From Myxococcota bacterium (GTDB lineage: Bacteria; Myxococcota_A; UBA9160; UBA4427), in assembly GCA_041690055.1 (NCBI GenBank), contig JBDNFB010000009.1:92-64091 (forward strand): a stretch of DNA of 64,000 nt, given 5' to 3'. A program made the translations under genes and the position numbers. Numbering within the stretch: position 1 is the first letter of the stretch; each line of letters begins with the position of its first letter. Below, piece after piece: positions 18,000-27,487 of the stretch. Under the pieces are notes generated by a model. It was not told the DNA's origin, made no database searches, and saw only the letters and a program-made list of their open reading frames with translations.

Positions 18000-19931
18000 T
18001 CAGGACAGCCGATTACGCCCGCGCCGCTGAGTGAGTGGTTGCGACCAACGATTCGCGGGAGCCGGTCGGATCGGCTGCGGGATTTCGACCGTCTGTTCCG
18101 CGGCGTGTGGATCGATCGAGACATCGAACGGCGAAGTCTCTTCGCCGTTCTGCGGGCCCGGTGGCCGTGCCTGTGTATCGGTTCGGGTGACGAGGTGTCC
18201 GCCTAACGCGCGAGCCGCGTCCTGCGCCTCTGTGAGGCATGTCGTGAGAGGAGAAGGCAGATCCCCGACATCCGGCTGCGGCCTTTTGCCGTAGACCTTC
18301 TCGAGTGAGCCGACGCGCGGCAAGTCGATGCCCACGGACAAGCGGACGGCCATCTCTGATTCTAATTCCGATTCGATGCGGAGGAAGAGTTTTTGGGGCG
18401 GCGTCGAGGGCGCGATGGCGTGCGGCGTGGTCTTTACGCCGAGGTGCGCGACGCCCCAACCGAGGAGCCCGCGCAGGCATGCCACAAGGAGCTCTTCATC
18501 ACCGGCGATTTGTGCCGGGGCGTTCCGCGTATCGACACGCAATGAGAACGTGTAATGGTTTTGGAGCGCAAACTGCGCCCGATCGACAAGCTTGCGCGTG
18601 TCCATCCAGTCGCCTGCGTGACGCCCGTCGCCCGTCGCAACTAGAGCGTCTTCGACGGCCTGAGTCAGATGCGCTGGGGGCGTCGAAGCGAGGACCGGTT
18701 CGTTGTCCGAAATTCCGCGCGAGTGCGCCCGTTTTCGCCTTGCGCTCGAAGGCTGCTCTTGCAGGGCACGCAGCGTTACGACGAAGCGCCATGTGCCTTC
18801 CGAGCCTCGCATGCGGTAGGGCGCAGGGGGTCCGGGAGGCGGCGGGTTCTCCGAGGGGTGGCCGGTTTCCGCACTGCGATCCGTCTCCACGCTTCGATCA
18901 GAAAGGCAGTAGGTGCGCGCCATCAACTCGACCGGCACGCGGCGTCCGCCGGCGGCGTGTAGCGTGAGCCGTTCGCGGATTGAGGATTGACCGGCCGGCT
19001 CGGTGAAAAGCCGCTCGAAGCGTTCGGTCACGTTGGCGTGATATTCGTTTGGGATCCAAAGTCGGAAATGGCTGCCCGTCACCTGTTCCGGCGTATAGCC
19101 GAGCAGATCGGAGACTGCGGCGCTGACATAGGAAACCTGGCCGTCTTCATTGATTTCGCAAAGGACGTCGACGGCCGCGTCGGTCATCTCGCGGTAGCGC
19201 TGCTCGTTCTTTTCAAGCTCAGCATGAGCTCGCGTTAGAGCATCGTGCTTCGCGTGGAGCTCGAGCTGTTGATCTTCGAGAAAGCGCAGAACGGAACCAG
19301 AAGAAAAGAGCATCTGTCGAAAATGCCGCAAACGGGCCGAAATCGTGCGGGAGGGCGGAACCGTGATTTGGAAGACGGCTTCGCGCTCGCCGATCTCGGA
19401 ACTGACGACGGCATCGGGCATGCCGAGAATGCGGGGAAGGGCGCGCGCACCGCCGGTCGCGATATGGAAAAGCTGTGGACAGGTGCGCAGCGTATCGTTC
19501 ACGCGTGCGCGAATCACGATGTCGTTTTGTCCGACCTGCTCGATCGAAGACTCGACCCCGGGCATCGCACGTCGCAGCGCCCATCGGCTCGCTGCGCGGT
19601 AGAGAGAGAAGGGAGAGGCGGTGAATCCGGCCAGCGCTTGGATCGCTCGAGCGGGTTTCATTTCGCAGAGCAGCTCGCCCAGTTTCTCCAGGCCTTCGGC
19701 TCCCTCGACTTCGTACTCGAGGCGGCAGAGAAAATCGGCGAAGTGGCTCCACTCGACGATGCGCGTGACTCGTCCCTGCGCATCAACAAAGATCGGGAGG
19801 TCGCCGATTAGGTCCGTGGCGACGACTCCGCGGCGAGAAAGCGCCGAAAAAAAATCGGTTAGGAAACGGGCGGAGACGTATCCGGGTTCCTCGGTTGTTG
19901 TGCGAGCACCCTCATTCGGGCCGGGACGCAT
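18000..19931 (-). CDS. PAS-domain sensor protein with degenerate histidine-kinase-like C-terminus
   Basis: Coiled coil then PAS (EMTDAAVDVLCEINEDGQVSYVSAAVSDLLGYTPEQVTGSHF). The C-terminal region has only faint N-box/G-box resemblance and lacks the conserved Asn/Gly motifs. Confidence 0.55.
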   Translation of the reverse strand: MRPGPNEGARTTTEEPGYVSARFLTDFFSALSRRGVVATDLIGDLPIFVDAQGRVTRIVEWSHFADFLCRLEYEVEGAEGLEKLGELLCEMKPARAIQALAGFTASPFSLYRAASRWALRRAMPGVESSIEQVGQNDIVIRARVNDTLRTCPQLFHIATGGARALPRILGMPDAVVSSEIGEREAVFQITVPPSRTISARLRHFRQMLFSSGSVLRFLEDQQLELHAKHDALTRAHAELEKNEQRYREMTDAAVDVLCEINEDGQVSYVSAAVSDLLGYTPEQVTGSHFRLWIPNEYHANVTERFERLFTEPAGQSSIRERLTLHAAGGRRVPVELMARTYCLSDRSVETDRSAETGHPSENPPPPGPPAPYRMRGSEGTWRFVVTLRALQEQPSSARRKRAHSRGISDNEPVLASTPPAHLTQAVEDALVATGDGRHAGDWMDTRKLVDRAQFALQNHYTFSLRVDTRNAPAQIAGDEELLVACLRGLLGWGVAHLGVKTTPHAIAPSTPPQKLFLRIESELESEMAVRLSVGIDLPRVGSLEKVYGKRPQPDVGDLPSPLTTCLTEAQDAARALGGHLVTRTDTQARPPGPQNGEETSPFDVSIDPHAAEQTVEIPQPIRPAPANRWSQPLTQRRGRNRLS

Positions 19932-19970
19932 GGATCTGACCGCCTATTGCCAGCGTTGGAGTCCAAAAGA

Positions 19971-19986
19971 TGGCACATTTACTGCG
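19971..19986 (+). promoter_or_regulatory. sigma-54-type -24/-12 promoter element
   Basis: TGGCACATTTACTGCG compared with consensus TGGCACG-N4-TTGCW. GG and GC are correctly spaced (GG-N10-GC). It sits 65 nt upstream of the first possible start of the TPR-kinase gene. Confidence 0.45.
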
Positions 19987-20050
19987 CAATTGTGTGTCAT
20001 CTGAGGCAAGCTTTGCCCCGAGGGGATTCTGGGTTCCGTGAACATCTCGT

Positions 20051-23000
20051 GTGCGCCTCCTCACTGGTGGGCTCACGTCGAAACCCTATCGGACGCGGAC
20101 TCGCGCTAGACTTCGTCCATCTATCCCTACCCCCAGACGTGATCTCCACTCCGCCCGATGGCGTAATGAGGCGCGCATGGATAGTGGAGGCTGCGTGCGG
20201 CCGACCTTGTGCTCGACCCAATCCGGAATGCCGAATTTGGTGATCCACGACCGCTCCCTGAGCGCGCCGGGATCCCGTAGGCGACGAGATCTGTTTTCGA
20301 AGGGCTACGCCCACAGAAGCGGAGTCCAGGCCTTGTTGCGTCCAGGTTTGGCGGGCCGAAAGTACGTGCGGTCGGTGCTTTGCTTTGGTCTTCTGGGCTT
20401 TGCGCTTTTGAGTTCCAGTTCGGCGCTGGCTACGACGCGTCTTGACTCGGCCCTCGATGGCCCCTGGAGATGGTTGGAGCCCGATCTGGACGGCTTGCAT
20501 TTCGCTGATTCCTTGGCGTCAGGGCCCTGGCTTGAATCGGCAGTGAGCCGCGATCCGGATCGGCGCGAAGAGTCGCGGGCCGCGATTGAGCGCGTCCTTG
20601 AGAGCGAAGCCCCGCCGTCGGAAGAGGGGATCTTGGAAGAAGAGCCGGCGGTCCAGGCTTCGATTCTGCGGCGAGCGGCACTCGATTCAGCTCGCTTGCT
20701 GGAGGCAGCAGGCGCTTCGGCCGCGGCCGCAGAGGCTTATACCAAGGTGGTGGCTTCGGGCGACGTGGTTTTGGTGGATGTTTGGCATGGGCTGGCCGTG
20801 AACTACGCGCGAGCGGGCGACGTGAAGCGAGCGGAACGCGCTTTTCTGTTCGGGCTTGATGCTTCCGGGCGTGCCTCGGATCAAATTCGGCTGCGCTACG
20901 ACCTGGCGGGTTTCTATGCACAGCAAGGGCGACTGCTGGAATCGATCGCGGTCGTCGAAGCCTTGATGCCCCACGCGCCGGATTCAAGGGAGCTTAATCG
21001 AGCACAGAGAGCTCTGGGCTACTCGATCGACCTCGCTGCTCAGATGCAGCCGAAGGGTGGCTTTGCGGACTGGCCCACGCCGGAACTCGAGCCGGGCTGG
21101 GAAGTGGTCAATCCGCGCGTTGCCACCGCGGCGGAAAGTCTCCCGGAGCCCGTGCGCGACCGCTTGCTCCCCTTCGTTCAAAGTTTTGTGGGCGATGACG
21201 GGACGCGGTCGGCGATGATGGTGGGTGCCGGTGCGCTCGTGCTTCTTGCCGGCTTCGTGTTATTCCGCCAGCGCGGCGATCTGGCGATTTCAATCGAGTA
21301 CCCCGAAGAGCTTCGCGGGATTTTTCGCGTGCGCGTTCGAGCGGGAAGCCGGCCGCTGCCCGATGCGGCGACGGAACATATGCTCCGTGAAGGCGGTGCT
21401 TCGACGCGCAGAGAACATCATATGGTGTCGCGCGAGACCCAGTTCCAGCGTCTCTTTACGGGCCGCTATCAGGTGATCGTGGATGGTCTCCTGATCGATC
21501 CCGCGACGGATGAGGTGCTCAGCCAGATCCACGAAGAGAAGATCGTACGCGTTCGACACAAGCGCACCGTGCGTCTTGAGTTCGATGAGCATCCGACGAC
21601 TTGCCCCGTCGACCTCGCGGTGATGTGGGGCGAACGTCCTGCGCAAGAAGCGCAGATCACGGTGCCTGGGATGATCGATAAGCCTCGCGCTGCGGCGCGA
21701 GGGTCGATCCGCGTCCTGCTTCCGAAGGGCGACTATCGCCTGCTTATCGGCTGTGGGGACCGCGTCTTTGATCGCGAACTTCATGTGTCGAGCTTTCGGC
21801 CTTCTTCGGTCACTCTCGATGTCTTGGACGAGAAAGCAGTCTTCAAGGGATGCCCGCCCGCTGTCGAGCCCTATTTGGTTGGGGACCTGCCTGGGGTGGC
21901 GAAGGCGCTTGAGCGCGATGGCCAATCTGAGTTGGGCTTTCGATTGCTTGCTTCTAAGCATGAAGCCGAGGGCGAGGCCGGCCGGGCTGCCGATTTTTAC
22001 GAGTCGGCGGGCGATCCCATGCAGGCCGCTCGACTGCGGCTTGCGCAGGGAGATTCAGGACGAGCCGCCGCACTCTTCGAACAAGCGGAGGCTTGGCTCT
22101 ACGCCGCCGAGGCGCATAAGAGCAACGGTGCGGTTGAACGCGCCGGCGAATGCTACGAAACCGCTCTGGACTATGAGCGCGCGATCGAGTGTTACAAGGA
22201 AGCCAGCGCAATCGATAAATGGGTCACGGCGCTCGAACGCTACGGCCGCGTTTTCGAGGCCTCAAAGCTTGCCATCGAACACAACCAGCGCCCTCGCGCG
22301 ATCCGGCTCCTGCAGCGCGTCGAAGCCACCGACCCCGACTTCAGGGAAGCCTGCGGATTGCTCGCGGACGCGTTTGAGACGGAAGGCCATTTCGATCTCG
22401 CCGCCGCCAAGATGAACGAGTACATAGGCACCTTCCGCCCGGCCTACGCGACGGCGGAGACCTACTCGCGCCTCGCCGAACTTTGGGAGAACGCCGGGCA
22501 TAACGAGCGCGCGCTGGAAGTCCTTGAGGACTTGCGCCGCCGCGAGCCGACCTTCCCGAATATCGCAGCGCGAATCGAACTGCTGCGTAAGGCGCGCAGC
22601 GCATCTGGCCATCTTTTCAGCTCTTCCGGCGGACGCATGGCCGATCAAGGCGCCACCGCTTTCGTAGGCGACGTGCGCTATGAGCTGCAGGAAGAAATCG
22701 GTCGCGGGGGCATGGGCGTTGTGTACCGCGCGCGGGACTCTCGGCTCGATCGCATCGTGGCGCTGAAGCGGTTGCCGGAGGGACTTCGTCGGCATCACCC
22801 GCGCGCGCTGCAGTTCTTTCTGCGTGAAGCGCAATCTGCGGCGCGTCTTAACCATCCCAATATCGTCACGGTCTTTGATGCCGACCAGCAGGATGGCCAG
22901 TTCTTCATCACTATGGAGCTGCTCGAAGGGCAGCCTCTGCATACGATCCTTCACGAACGCGGCCAGCTCTCGCCGTCCAACGTTCTGGGAATCGCACGGC

Positions 23001-23461
23001 AGGCATGCCGTGGTCTTGAATACGCACACGCTCAGGGCATCGTGCACCGTGATATCAAGACGGCGAATCTTTTTGTGACGACAGACCGTGTCGTCAAGAT
23101 CATGGATTTCGGTCTGGCAAAGGTGCTCGAGGAAGTGCGCGGCGCCACCACGATGGTTTCGGGTACTCCATACTACATGTCGCCCGAGCAAGTGCTCGGC
23201 CAGGACGTGGATCACAGATCTGATCTGTATTCCTTTGGTGTGACGCTCTTCGAGTTGTCGACCGGTGTTGTGCCGTTCGACACAGGAGAGGTGGCGTATC
23301 ACCATAGACATACGCCCGTGCCGGACCCTCAGTTGATTCGTCCAGACCTCCCTGATGATCTTTCACAGTTCATCTTGCGCCTGCTCTCGAAGGATGCGGG
23401 AGACCGATATCAATCGGCGACTGAGATGTTGGCGATCCTGACCGAGATGGATCACGAATAA
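20051..23461 (+). CDS. TPR-repeat sensor Ser/Thr protein kinase (periplasmic N-terminus, 1 TM, C-terminal Hanks kinase)
   Basis: C-terminal kinase motifs: GRGGMGVVYRA, ALKR, HRDIKTANLFV, DFGLAK, GTPYYMSPEQ. Signal-like LCFGLLGFALLSSSSALA and TM MMVGAGALVLLAGFVLF. The start is uncertain (GTG 20051, ATG 20228 or later). Confidence 0.8.
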   Translation: MRLLTGGLTSKPYRTRTRARLRPSIPTPRRDLHSARWRNEARMDSGGCVRPTLCSTQSGMPNLVIHDRSLSAPGSRRRRDLFSKGYAHRSGVQALLRPGLAGRKYVRSVLCFGLLGFALLSSSSALATTRLDSALDGPWRWLEPDLDGLHFADSLASGPWLESAVSRDPDRREESRAAIERVLESEAPPSEEGILEEEPAVQASILRRAALDSARLLEAAGASAAAAEAYTKVVASGDVVLVDVWHGLAVNYARAGDVKRAERAFLFGLDASGRASDQIRLRYDLAGFYAQQGRLLESIAVVEALMPHAPDSRELNRAQRALGYSIDLAAQMQPKGGFADWPTPELEPGWEVVNPRVATAAESLPEPVRDRLLPFVQSFVGDDGTRSAMMVGAGALVLLAGFVLFRQRGDLAISIEYPEELRGIFRVRVRAGSRPLPDAATEHMLREGGASTRREHHMVSRETQFQRLFTGRYQVIVDGLLIDPATDEVLSQIHEEKIVRVRHKRTVRLEFDEHPTTCPVDLAVMWGERPAQEAQITVPGMIDKPRAAARGSIRVLLPKGDYRLLIGCGDRVFDRELHVSSFRPSSVTLDVLDEKAVFKGCPPAVEPYLVGDLPGVAKALERDGQSELGFRLLASKHEAEGEAGRAADFYESAGDPMQAARLRLAQGDSGRAAALFEQAEAWLYAAEAHKSNGAVERAGECYETALDYERAIECYKEASAIDKWVTALERYGRVFEASKLAIEHNQRPRAIRLLQRVEATDPDFREACGLLADAFETEGHFDLAAAKMNEYIGTFRPAYATAETYSRLAELWENAGHNERALEVLEDLRRREPTFPNIAARIELLRKARSASGHLFSSSGGRMADQGATAFVGDVRYELQEEIGRGGMGVVYRARDSRLDRIVALKRLPEGLRRHHPRALQFFLREAQSAARLNHPNIVTVFDADQQDGQFFITMELLEGQPLHTILHERGQLSPSNVLGIARQACRGLEYAHAQGIVHRDIKTANLFVTTDRVVKIMDFGLAKVLEEVRGATTMVSGTPYYMSPEQVLGQDVDHRSDLYSFGVTLFELSTGVVPFDTGEVAYHHRHTPVPDPQLIRPDLPDDLSQFILRLLSKDAGDRYQSATEMLAILTEMDHE

Positions 23462-23713
23462 CCTTTTGGTTCGAAACTCGGTTTAGAATCTAAAAAGCGT
23501 GATGTTGGATGCTTGTCGCGTTCGAGGGATAGGTAGGTCGAGCCCTTCGAAATCAAGGCTTTAGCGATTCTCGATTTCCTGATTTCGAGAAAATTTCATC
23601 TGAAGCCGGATCAGTTTTTTTGCGTGTGAGTGGGGTCACTTTTTCATACGTGCGCTTCCGTCAGAGTGCGCGCCAATGAGCGCCCAACACTCTCCTCTGT
23701 ACAGCTGTCCAAG

Positions 23714-24415
23714 ATGATGCCTGCTTCTGTCGCTTTGCTTGGACCGCTCCGGGTCGTCCGATCGCGCGTCGTACACACTTCTGATCCCTATGTTGAAGCG
23801 GGTCATGTTGAAGCGGATCAGGACGCCCCGGACGATCCCGAACTCGATGCGCTCGTCGATCGCTATGGACATCGCGTTGGCTATTTCGCGCGGCGGGTCG
23901 AACGTCGGTTTGGCCTCGACTGGAGCGGACGAGACGACTTGATTTCGGCGGGCTATTGGGGGCTTCTCAAGGCGCTGCGTAATCGGCGAGAGGATGCCCA
24001 TGAACACGAACTTTCCGCCTACGTCTCGAAGCGGGTTGAAGGCGCGGTGATCGATGAAGCGCGGATGGCGCTGCGTCGGGCTTCGAATTATTCACAATGC
24101 GATCTTGAAGAGCTTGAGACGGGTTTGCCGCCTGAGGCGTGCAATGCGGATTGGATTGGGGGGCAAGCCTCCGCTGATCCCGAGGAACTGGTGGATCTTC
24201 GAGGCCGATGGAAAACCATTGAAGCCTCGTTCGATCATCTCTCCGAGGAGCACAGGAACTTGTTGATGGCCTATGCCTCCGGCCGCTCGCTTGCAGAGAT
24301 CGCTCGGAGCATAGGGGCAAGCCCGGCGCATCTTCAAAACCAGATGGGGCGAATTTCTCGGGCGATTCGCGCTCAATCCCCCGAGCTGCGAAGGCTGCTT
24401 CGCTTCGAGATCTAG
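23714..24415 (+). CDS. sigma-70 family RNA polymerase sigma factor (group 3/FliA-like or ECF-like)
   Basis: Region 2-like DALVDRYGHRVGYFARR...LISAGYWGLLKAL and region 4 HTH GRSLAEIARSIGASPAHLQNQMGRI. The start is uncertain (GTG 23630 or ATG 23714). Confidence 0.7.
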   Translation: MMPASVALLGPLRVVRSRVVHTSDPYVEAGHVEADQDAPDDPELDALVDRYGHRVGYFARRVERRFGLDWSGRDDLISAGYWGLLKALRNRREDAHEHELSAYVSKRVEGAVIDEARMALRRASNYSQCDLEELETGLPPEACNADWIGGQASADPEELVDLRGRWKTIEASFDHLSEEHRNLLMAYASGRSLAEIARSIGASPAHLQNQMGRISRAIRAQSPELRRLLRFEI

Positions 24416-24505
24416 GCCTCTTTAACCAGCGCAGCGCTCTGCGCCTTGAGGTCGAGGCCTCTTTACCGACGAAACCCGCTGCGCTTCGAGATCGAGCCTT
24501 TGCGA
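24395..24505 (+). repeat. degenerate ~40-nt tandem repeat (~2.7 copies) spanning the sigma-factor stop codon
   Basis: GCTTCGAGATCTAGGCCTCTTTA, GCCTTGAGGTCGAGGCCTCTTTA and GCGCTTCGAGATCGAGCCTTTG recur with a 40-nt period. Confidence 0.7.
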
Positions 24506-24636
24506 GCGGCATGCCGTCTGCTGATCGTTGATTGCGCTAGGCTGAGAAGCGGGGCTGTCGGGTGCGTTTGTCGCGCTGCGCCGGTACCCGCTCAAATGAT
24601 AAGGGCGGATTTCAGGGCCGCGGGGAGATCAGAAGC

Positions 24637-25374
24637 GTGTCAGATCAATCGAATGGACGAGCCGTCATCATCGCGGCAGTGCTCGTAAGTTTCGCCATCA
24701 TCGGCGCGAGTTTCTTCGTCGCCAACTCCCTGGATCGGGCGACGTCGGAGATTTCGGGCTTGACCGCGGTGCTCGAAGAAATGCCCGTGGCGGCTGCGGC
24801 GGCTGCTGGAGCGCCGCCCTCGAATCGCCCCCGCCGGCCCGACGCGAATAAGGAATACAAGGTCGCGGTCGATGAGGCGCCCGTGATGGGCGGGAAGAAC
24901 GCGAAGGTGACGATCGTCGAGTTCTCCGACTTCCAATGCCCCTTCTGTAATCGCGTGACGCCGACGCTGAACCAGATTCGCGACGAGTACGGCGACGATG
25001 TGCGGATCGCGTTCAAGCATATGCCGCTTTCGATTCACGCCCAGGCGCCCGCGGCGCACGCTGCGTCCGAGGCCGCCCATCGCCAGGGCAAGTTCTGGGA
25101 GATGCACGACCTGATCTTTGCGAACCAACGAGATCTGAGTGCAGCGACCTTCGAAAAGTACGCCGAGCAGCTTGGGCTGAATCTTTCTAAGTTCAAGGCG
25201 GACTCCGTCTCGGCGGACGTGAAGAAGCGCGTCGCGGATGATCTTCGCGAGGCGAGCGAGCTGGGGATCACAGGAACGCCTTCGTTCTTTATTAATGGAC
25301 GCTATCTCTCGGGCGCCCAGCCCTTTGCGAACTTCAAGCGAATGATTGATGAGGCGCTCGAGAAGGCCTCTTGA
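24637..25374 (+). CDS. DsbA-family thiol:disulfide oxidoreductase, membrane-anchored
   Basis: CPFC active site in FSDFQCPFCNRV. N-terminal TM VIIAAVLVSFAIIGASFFVA. GTG 24637 is preceded by GGGGAG; GTG 24562 is an alternative start. Confidence 0.75.
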   Translation: MSDQSNGRAVIIAAVLVSFAIIGASFFVANSLDRATSEISGLTAVLEEMPVAAAAAAGAPPSNRPRRPDANKEYKVAVDEAPVMGGKNAKVTIVEFSDFQCPFCNRVTPTLNQIRDEYGDDVRIAFKHMPLSIHAQAPAAHAASEAAHRQGKFWEMHDLIFANQRDLSAATFEKYAEQLGLNLSKFKADSVSADVKKRVADDLREASELGITGTPSFFINGRYLSGAQPFANFKRMIDEALEKAS

Positions 25375-25465
25375 TCTTTTCGCCCCGGGTTTGTTTGTCT
25401 CGCTTCCAGTTGTCTCGCGTGCCTTCGCCTGCTGTTCATAGGCGAGGCGAAGAACGGTCCGAATC

Positions 25466-26296
25466 ATGATTCGCGCCATCGTATTCGACTTGTTCGACAC
25501 GCTCGTCGACCAGAATCATGAGCAGCTCGCGCCCATTTCGGTCGAGGGGCGCAAGATCGGCTCGACGACACCCGCTCTGCATGCCTATTTGCAGAGCCAG
25601 GCGGGGATCGATCTTTCTCTGCTTGAGTTTGCGGACCGGCTCCTCGAAATCGATGGAACGCTGCGGGTAGAGACTATCGATCAAGGGATCGAGCTCCCGA
25701 CATTCGACCGCTTCACCGCGCTCGCCACGCATCTCGGCTGTGCCGAAGTGCTCGCCGTTGCGGCGGGCCTGACGGAAGTGCATATGAGTGCTCTGCGGGC
25801 GGCAGCGTCTACGCCCCTGCACCATGAAGCGGTTCTTATGGCGCTGGCTTCGGATTATCAGTTAGGCGTGTGTTCGAATTTTACCCATGCGGAATCAGCA
25901 CGCGCCGTGCTCGGTGAAGCAGGGTTGGATCACCATATGAGCTCGATTGTGATTTCGGAAGAGGTCGGCTTTCGTAAACCGCGCGCGGAAATTTTCGATG
26001 CCGTTGTGGATTCTCTTGGGGTGCCTGCGAGGGAGATCCTGCATGTGGGGGATAGTCTCACGGCGGATGTCGCCGGTGCTTCCGCGATGGGTATGCACAC
26101 GCTTTGGCTGACCCGCCAAATTCGCGACCCCGAACAGGAATTTTCACGTTATCGGGGGCCGCGGCCGGACGTATCGATCGAAGATCTGAGGGATCTGCCC
26201 CTGACCGTGGCGCGTTTCGCAGCGGGGGGTTCGCCGCGCTCACCCCGCACAACTAAACCCCCTCAGGCGAAAAAAGGGGCGGGCGAGGCGCGCTAG
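25466..26296 (+). CDS. HAD-superfamily hydrolase (subfamily IA-like)
   Basis: Motif I FDLFDTLVD, motif II VCSNFT, motif IV HVGDSLTADVAGA. Confidence 0.8.
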   Translation: MIRAIVFDLFDTLVDQNHEQLAPISVEGRKIGSTTPALHAYLQSQAGIDLSLLEFADRLLEIDGTLRVETIDQGIELPTFDRFTALATHLGCAEVLAVAAGLTEVHMSALRAAASTPLHHEAVLMALASDYQLGVCSNFTHAESARAVLGEAGLDHHMSSIVISEEVGFRKPRAEIFDAVVDSLGVPAREILHVGDSLTADVAGASAMGMHTLWLTRQIRDPEQEFSRYRGPRPDVSIEDLRDLPLTVARFAAGGSPRSPRTTKPPQAKKGAGEAR

Positions 26297-26703
26297 TGAA
26301 TCGATCCGGGTTGAATCAATTGGAAGAGGCCGACTTCCGCTTCGAAAGCCCTGCCGTCCTCTCTTTGCATCTCGAAGGTACCGGCCATCGATCCGAAGGG
26401 CGTTGGCAAGGGGCATCCGGAGGTGTATTCGAAGCCTTGCCCGGGCTGCAGTGTCGGTTGTTCGCCGACGACTCCGGGGCCATGCACTTCTTCGGTATGG
26501 CCGGTTCCGTCCACGATGGTCCAATGCCGGTTGACCAGCTGGACGGCAGTCTCGCCTTCGTTCGAAATGCGGATGGTGTAAAGGAAGAACCAGCGGCTGC
26601 CCGGCGGGTTGCTGTGCTCAGGCGAAAAGCGAGCGCTGACCTGCACGCGGACGCCCTCGGTTTCGGCTTCGGAATTCGTTTCAAAGAGATCGTCATCAGA
26701 CAC
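26293..26703 (-). CDS. apaG: ApaG (DUF525) protein
   Basis: VRVQVSARFSPEHSNPPGSRWFFLYTIRISNEG...RHWTIVDGTGHTEEVHGPGVVGEQP is the ApaG signature. The start is taken at GTG 26703. ATG 26772 is possible but would overlap the rsmE start codon. Confidence 0.8.
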   Translation of the reverse strand: MSDDDLFETNSEAETEGVRVQVSARFSPEHSNPPGSRWFFLYTIRISNEGETAVQLVNRHWTIVDGTGHTEEVHGPGVVGEQPTLQPGQGFEYTSGCPLPTPFGSMAGTFEMQREDGRAFEAEVGLFQLIQPGSIH

Positions 26704-26770
26704 GGCGCAGATCCTAGCAGGCAGGCCCGCATTGCGTTGGGACCTTGTTTCGATCGGGAAGAACACTGAC

Positions 26771-27487
26771 ATGAACTGCTTGCTGATCGAGCCAGAGGAG
26801 CTGAGAGGCGAACAGACGGGGCGCGTTCGAATCGAGGGCCGCCGCCGCCGCCATGCGGAAGAGATCTTGCGGGCAAGGGTTGGGGATACGCTGCGGGTGG
26901 GCGTGATCGATGGGCAGATGGGTGAGGGCCAGATTCTGCAGCTTGACCGGGAGACCCTTGAGCTCGAGGTGTCGCTCTCGCAGGAACCCCCGCCGAAGCA
27001 TGCTCTGCGATTGGTACTTGCTCTACCTCGGCCGCCGGTCTTCCGCCGACTCGTGACAACGATCGCAAGCCTTGGCGTGGAGGAACTGCTCGTTGTGGGC
27101 ACAGCGCGAACCGAGAAAAGCTTCTGGCAGAGTCATGTCGTTTCGCCGGAGGAGGTTCGGGAGCGACTGCTTCTCGGACTTGAGCAAGCGCGAGATACGC
27201 GGCTCCCGAAAGTGACGATGCATCGGTATTTCGAATCGCTGGTCGATGAGATCTTGCCCGGCGAAATCGCGAGCCGACGTGCGCTGCTCGCGCATCCGAG
27301 CGCGACGGACATATGTCCGCATGCGCCCAAAGAGCCGGTCACGGTCTTCGTGGGGCCCGAAGGCGGCTTCGTCGACTTTGAAGTGGAGCGGCTTTGCGGG
27401 ATCGGGTTCGAAGCCGTTGGCCTGGGGCCGCGGATCCTGCGTGTCGAGCCGGTTATTCCGCTTTTGGTGGGGCGTTTGTTGGCCTGA
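26771..27487 (+). CDS. rsmE: 16S rRNA (uracil1498-N3)-methyltransferase
   Basis: PUA-like N-terminus (HAEEILRARVGDTLRVGVIDG). SPOUT C-terminus with VFVGPEGGF and LGPRILRVE. Confidence 0.85.
   Translation: MNCLLIEPEELRGEQTGRVRIEGRRRRHAEEILRARVGDTLRVGVIDGQMGEGQILQLDRETLELEVSLSQEPPPKHALRLVLALPRPPVFRRLVTTIASLGVEELLVVGTARTEKSFWQSHVVSPEEVRERLLLGLEQARDTRLPKVTMHRYFESLVDEILPGEIASRRALLAHPSATDICPHAPKEPVTVFVGPEGGFVDFEVERLCGIGFEAVGLGPRILRVEPVIPLLVGRLLA

Noticed and set aside
23461-23480. GGTTCGAAA motif suggestive of a tRNA T-arm; also GTTCGAATC at 26824.
   Set aside because: No acceptor, D or anticodon stems can be drawn around either. The second lies inside rsmE coding sequence.
26770-26773. ATG 26772 (minus) as the apaG start, overlapping the rsmE ATG 26771 (plus) back to back.
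   Set aside because: It would leave no room for either promoter and would add ~23 non-conserved residues. GTG 26703 gives a homologue-length ApaG. It is kept only as an alternative.
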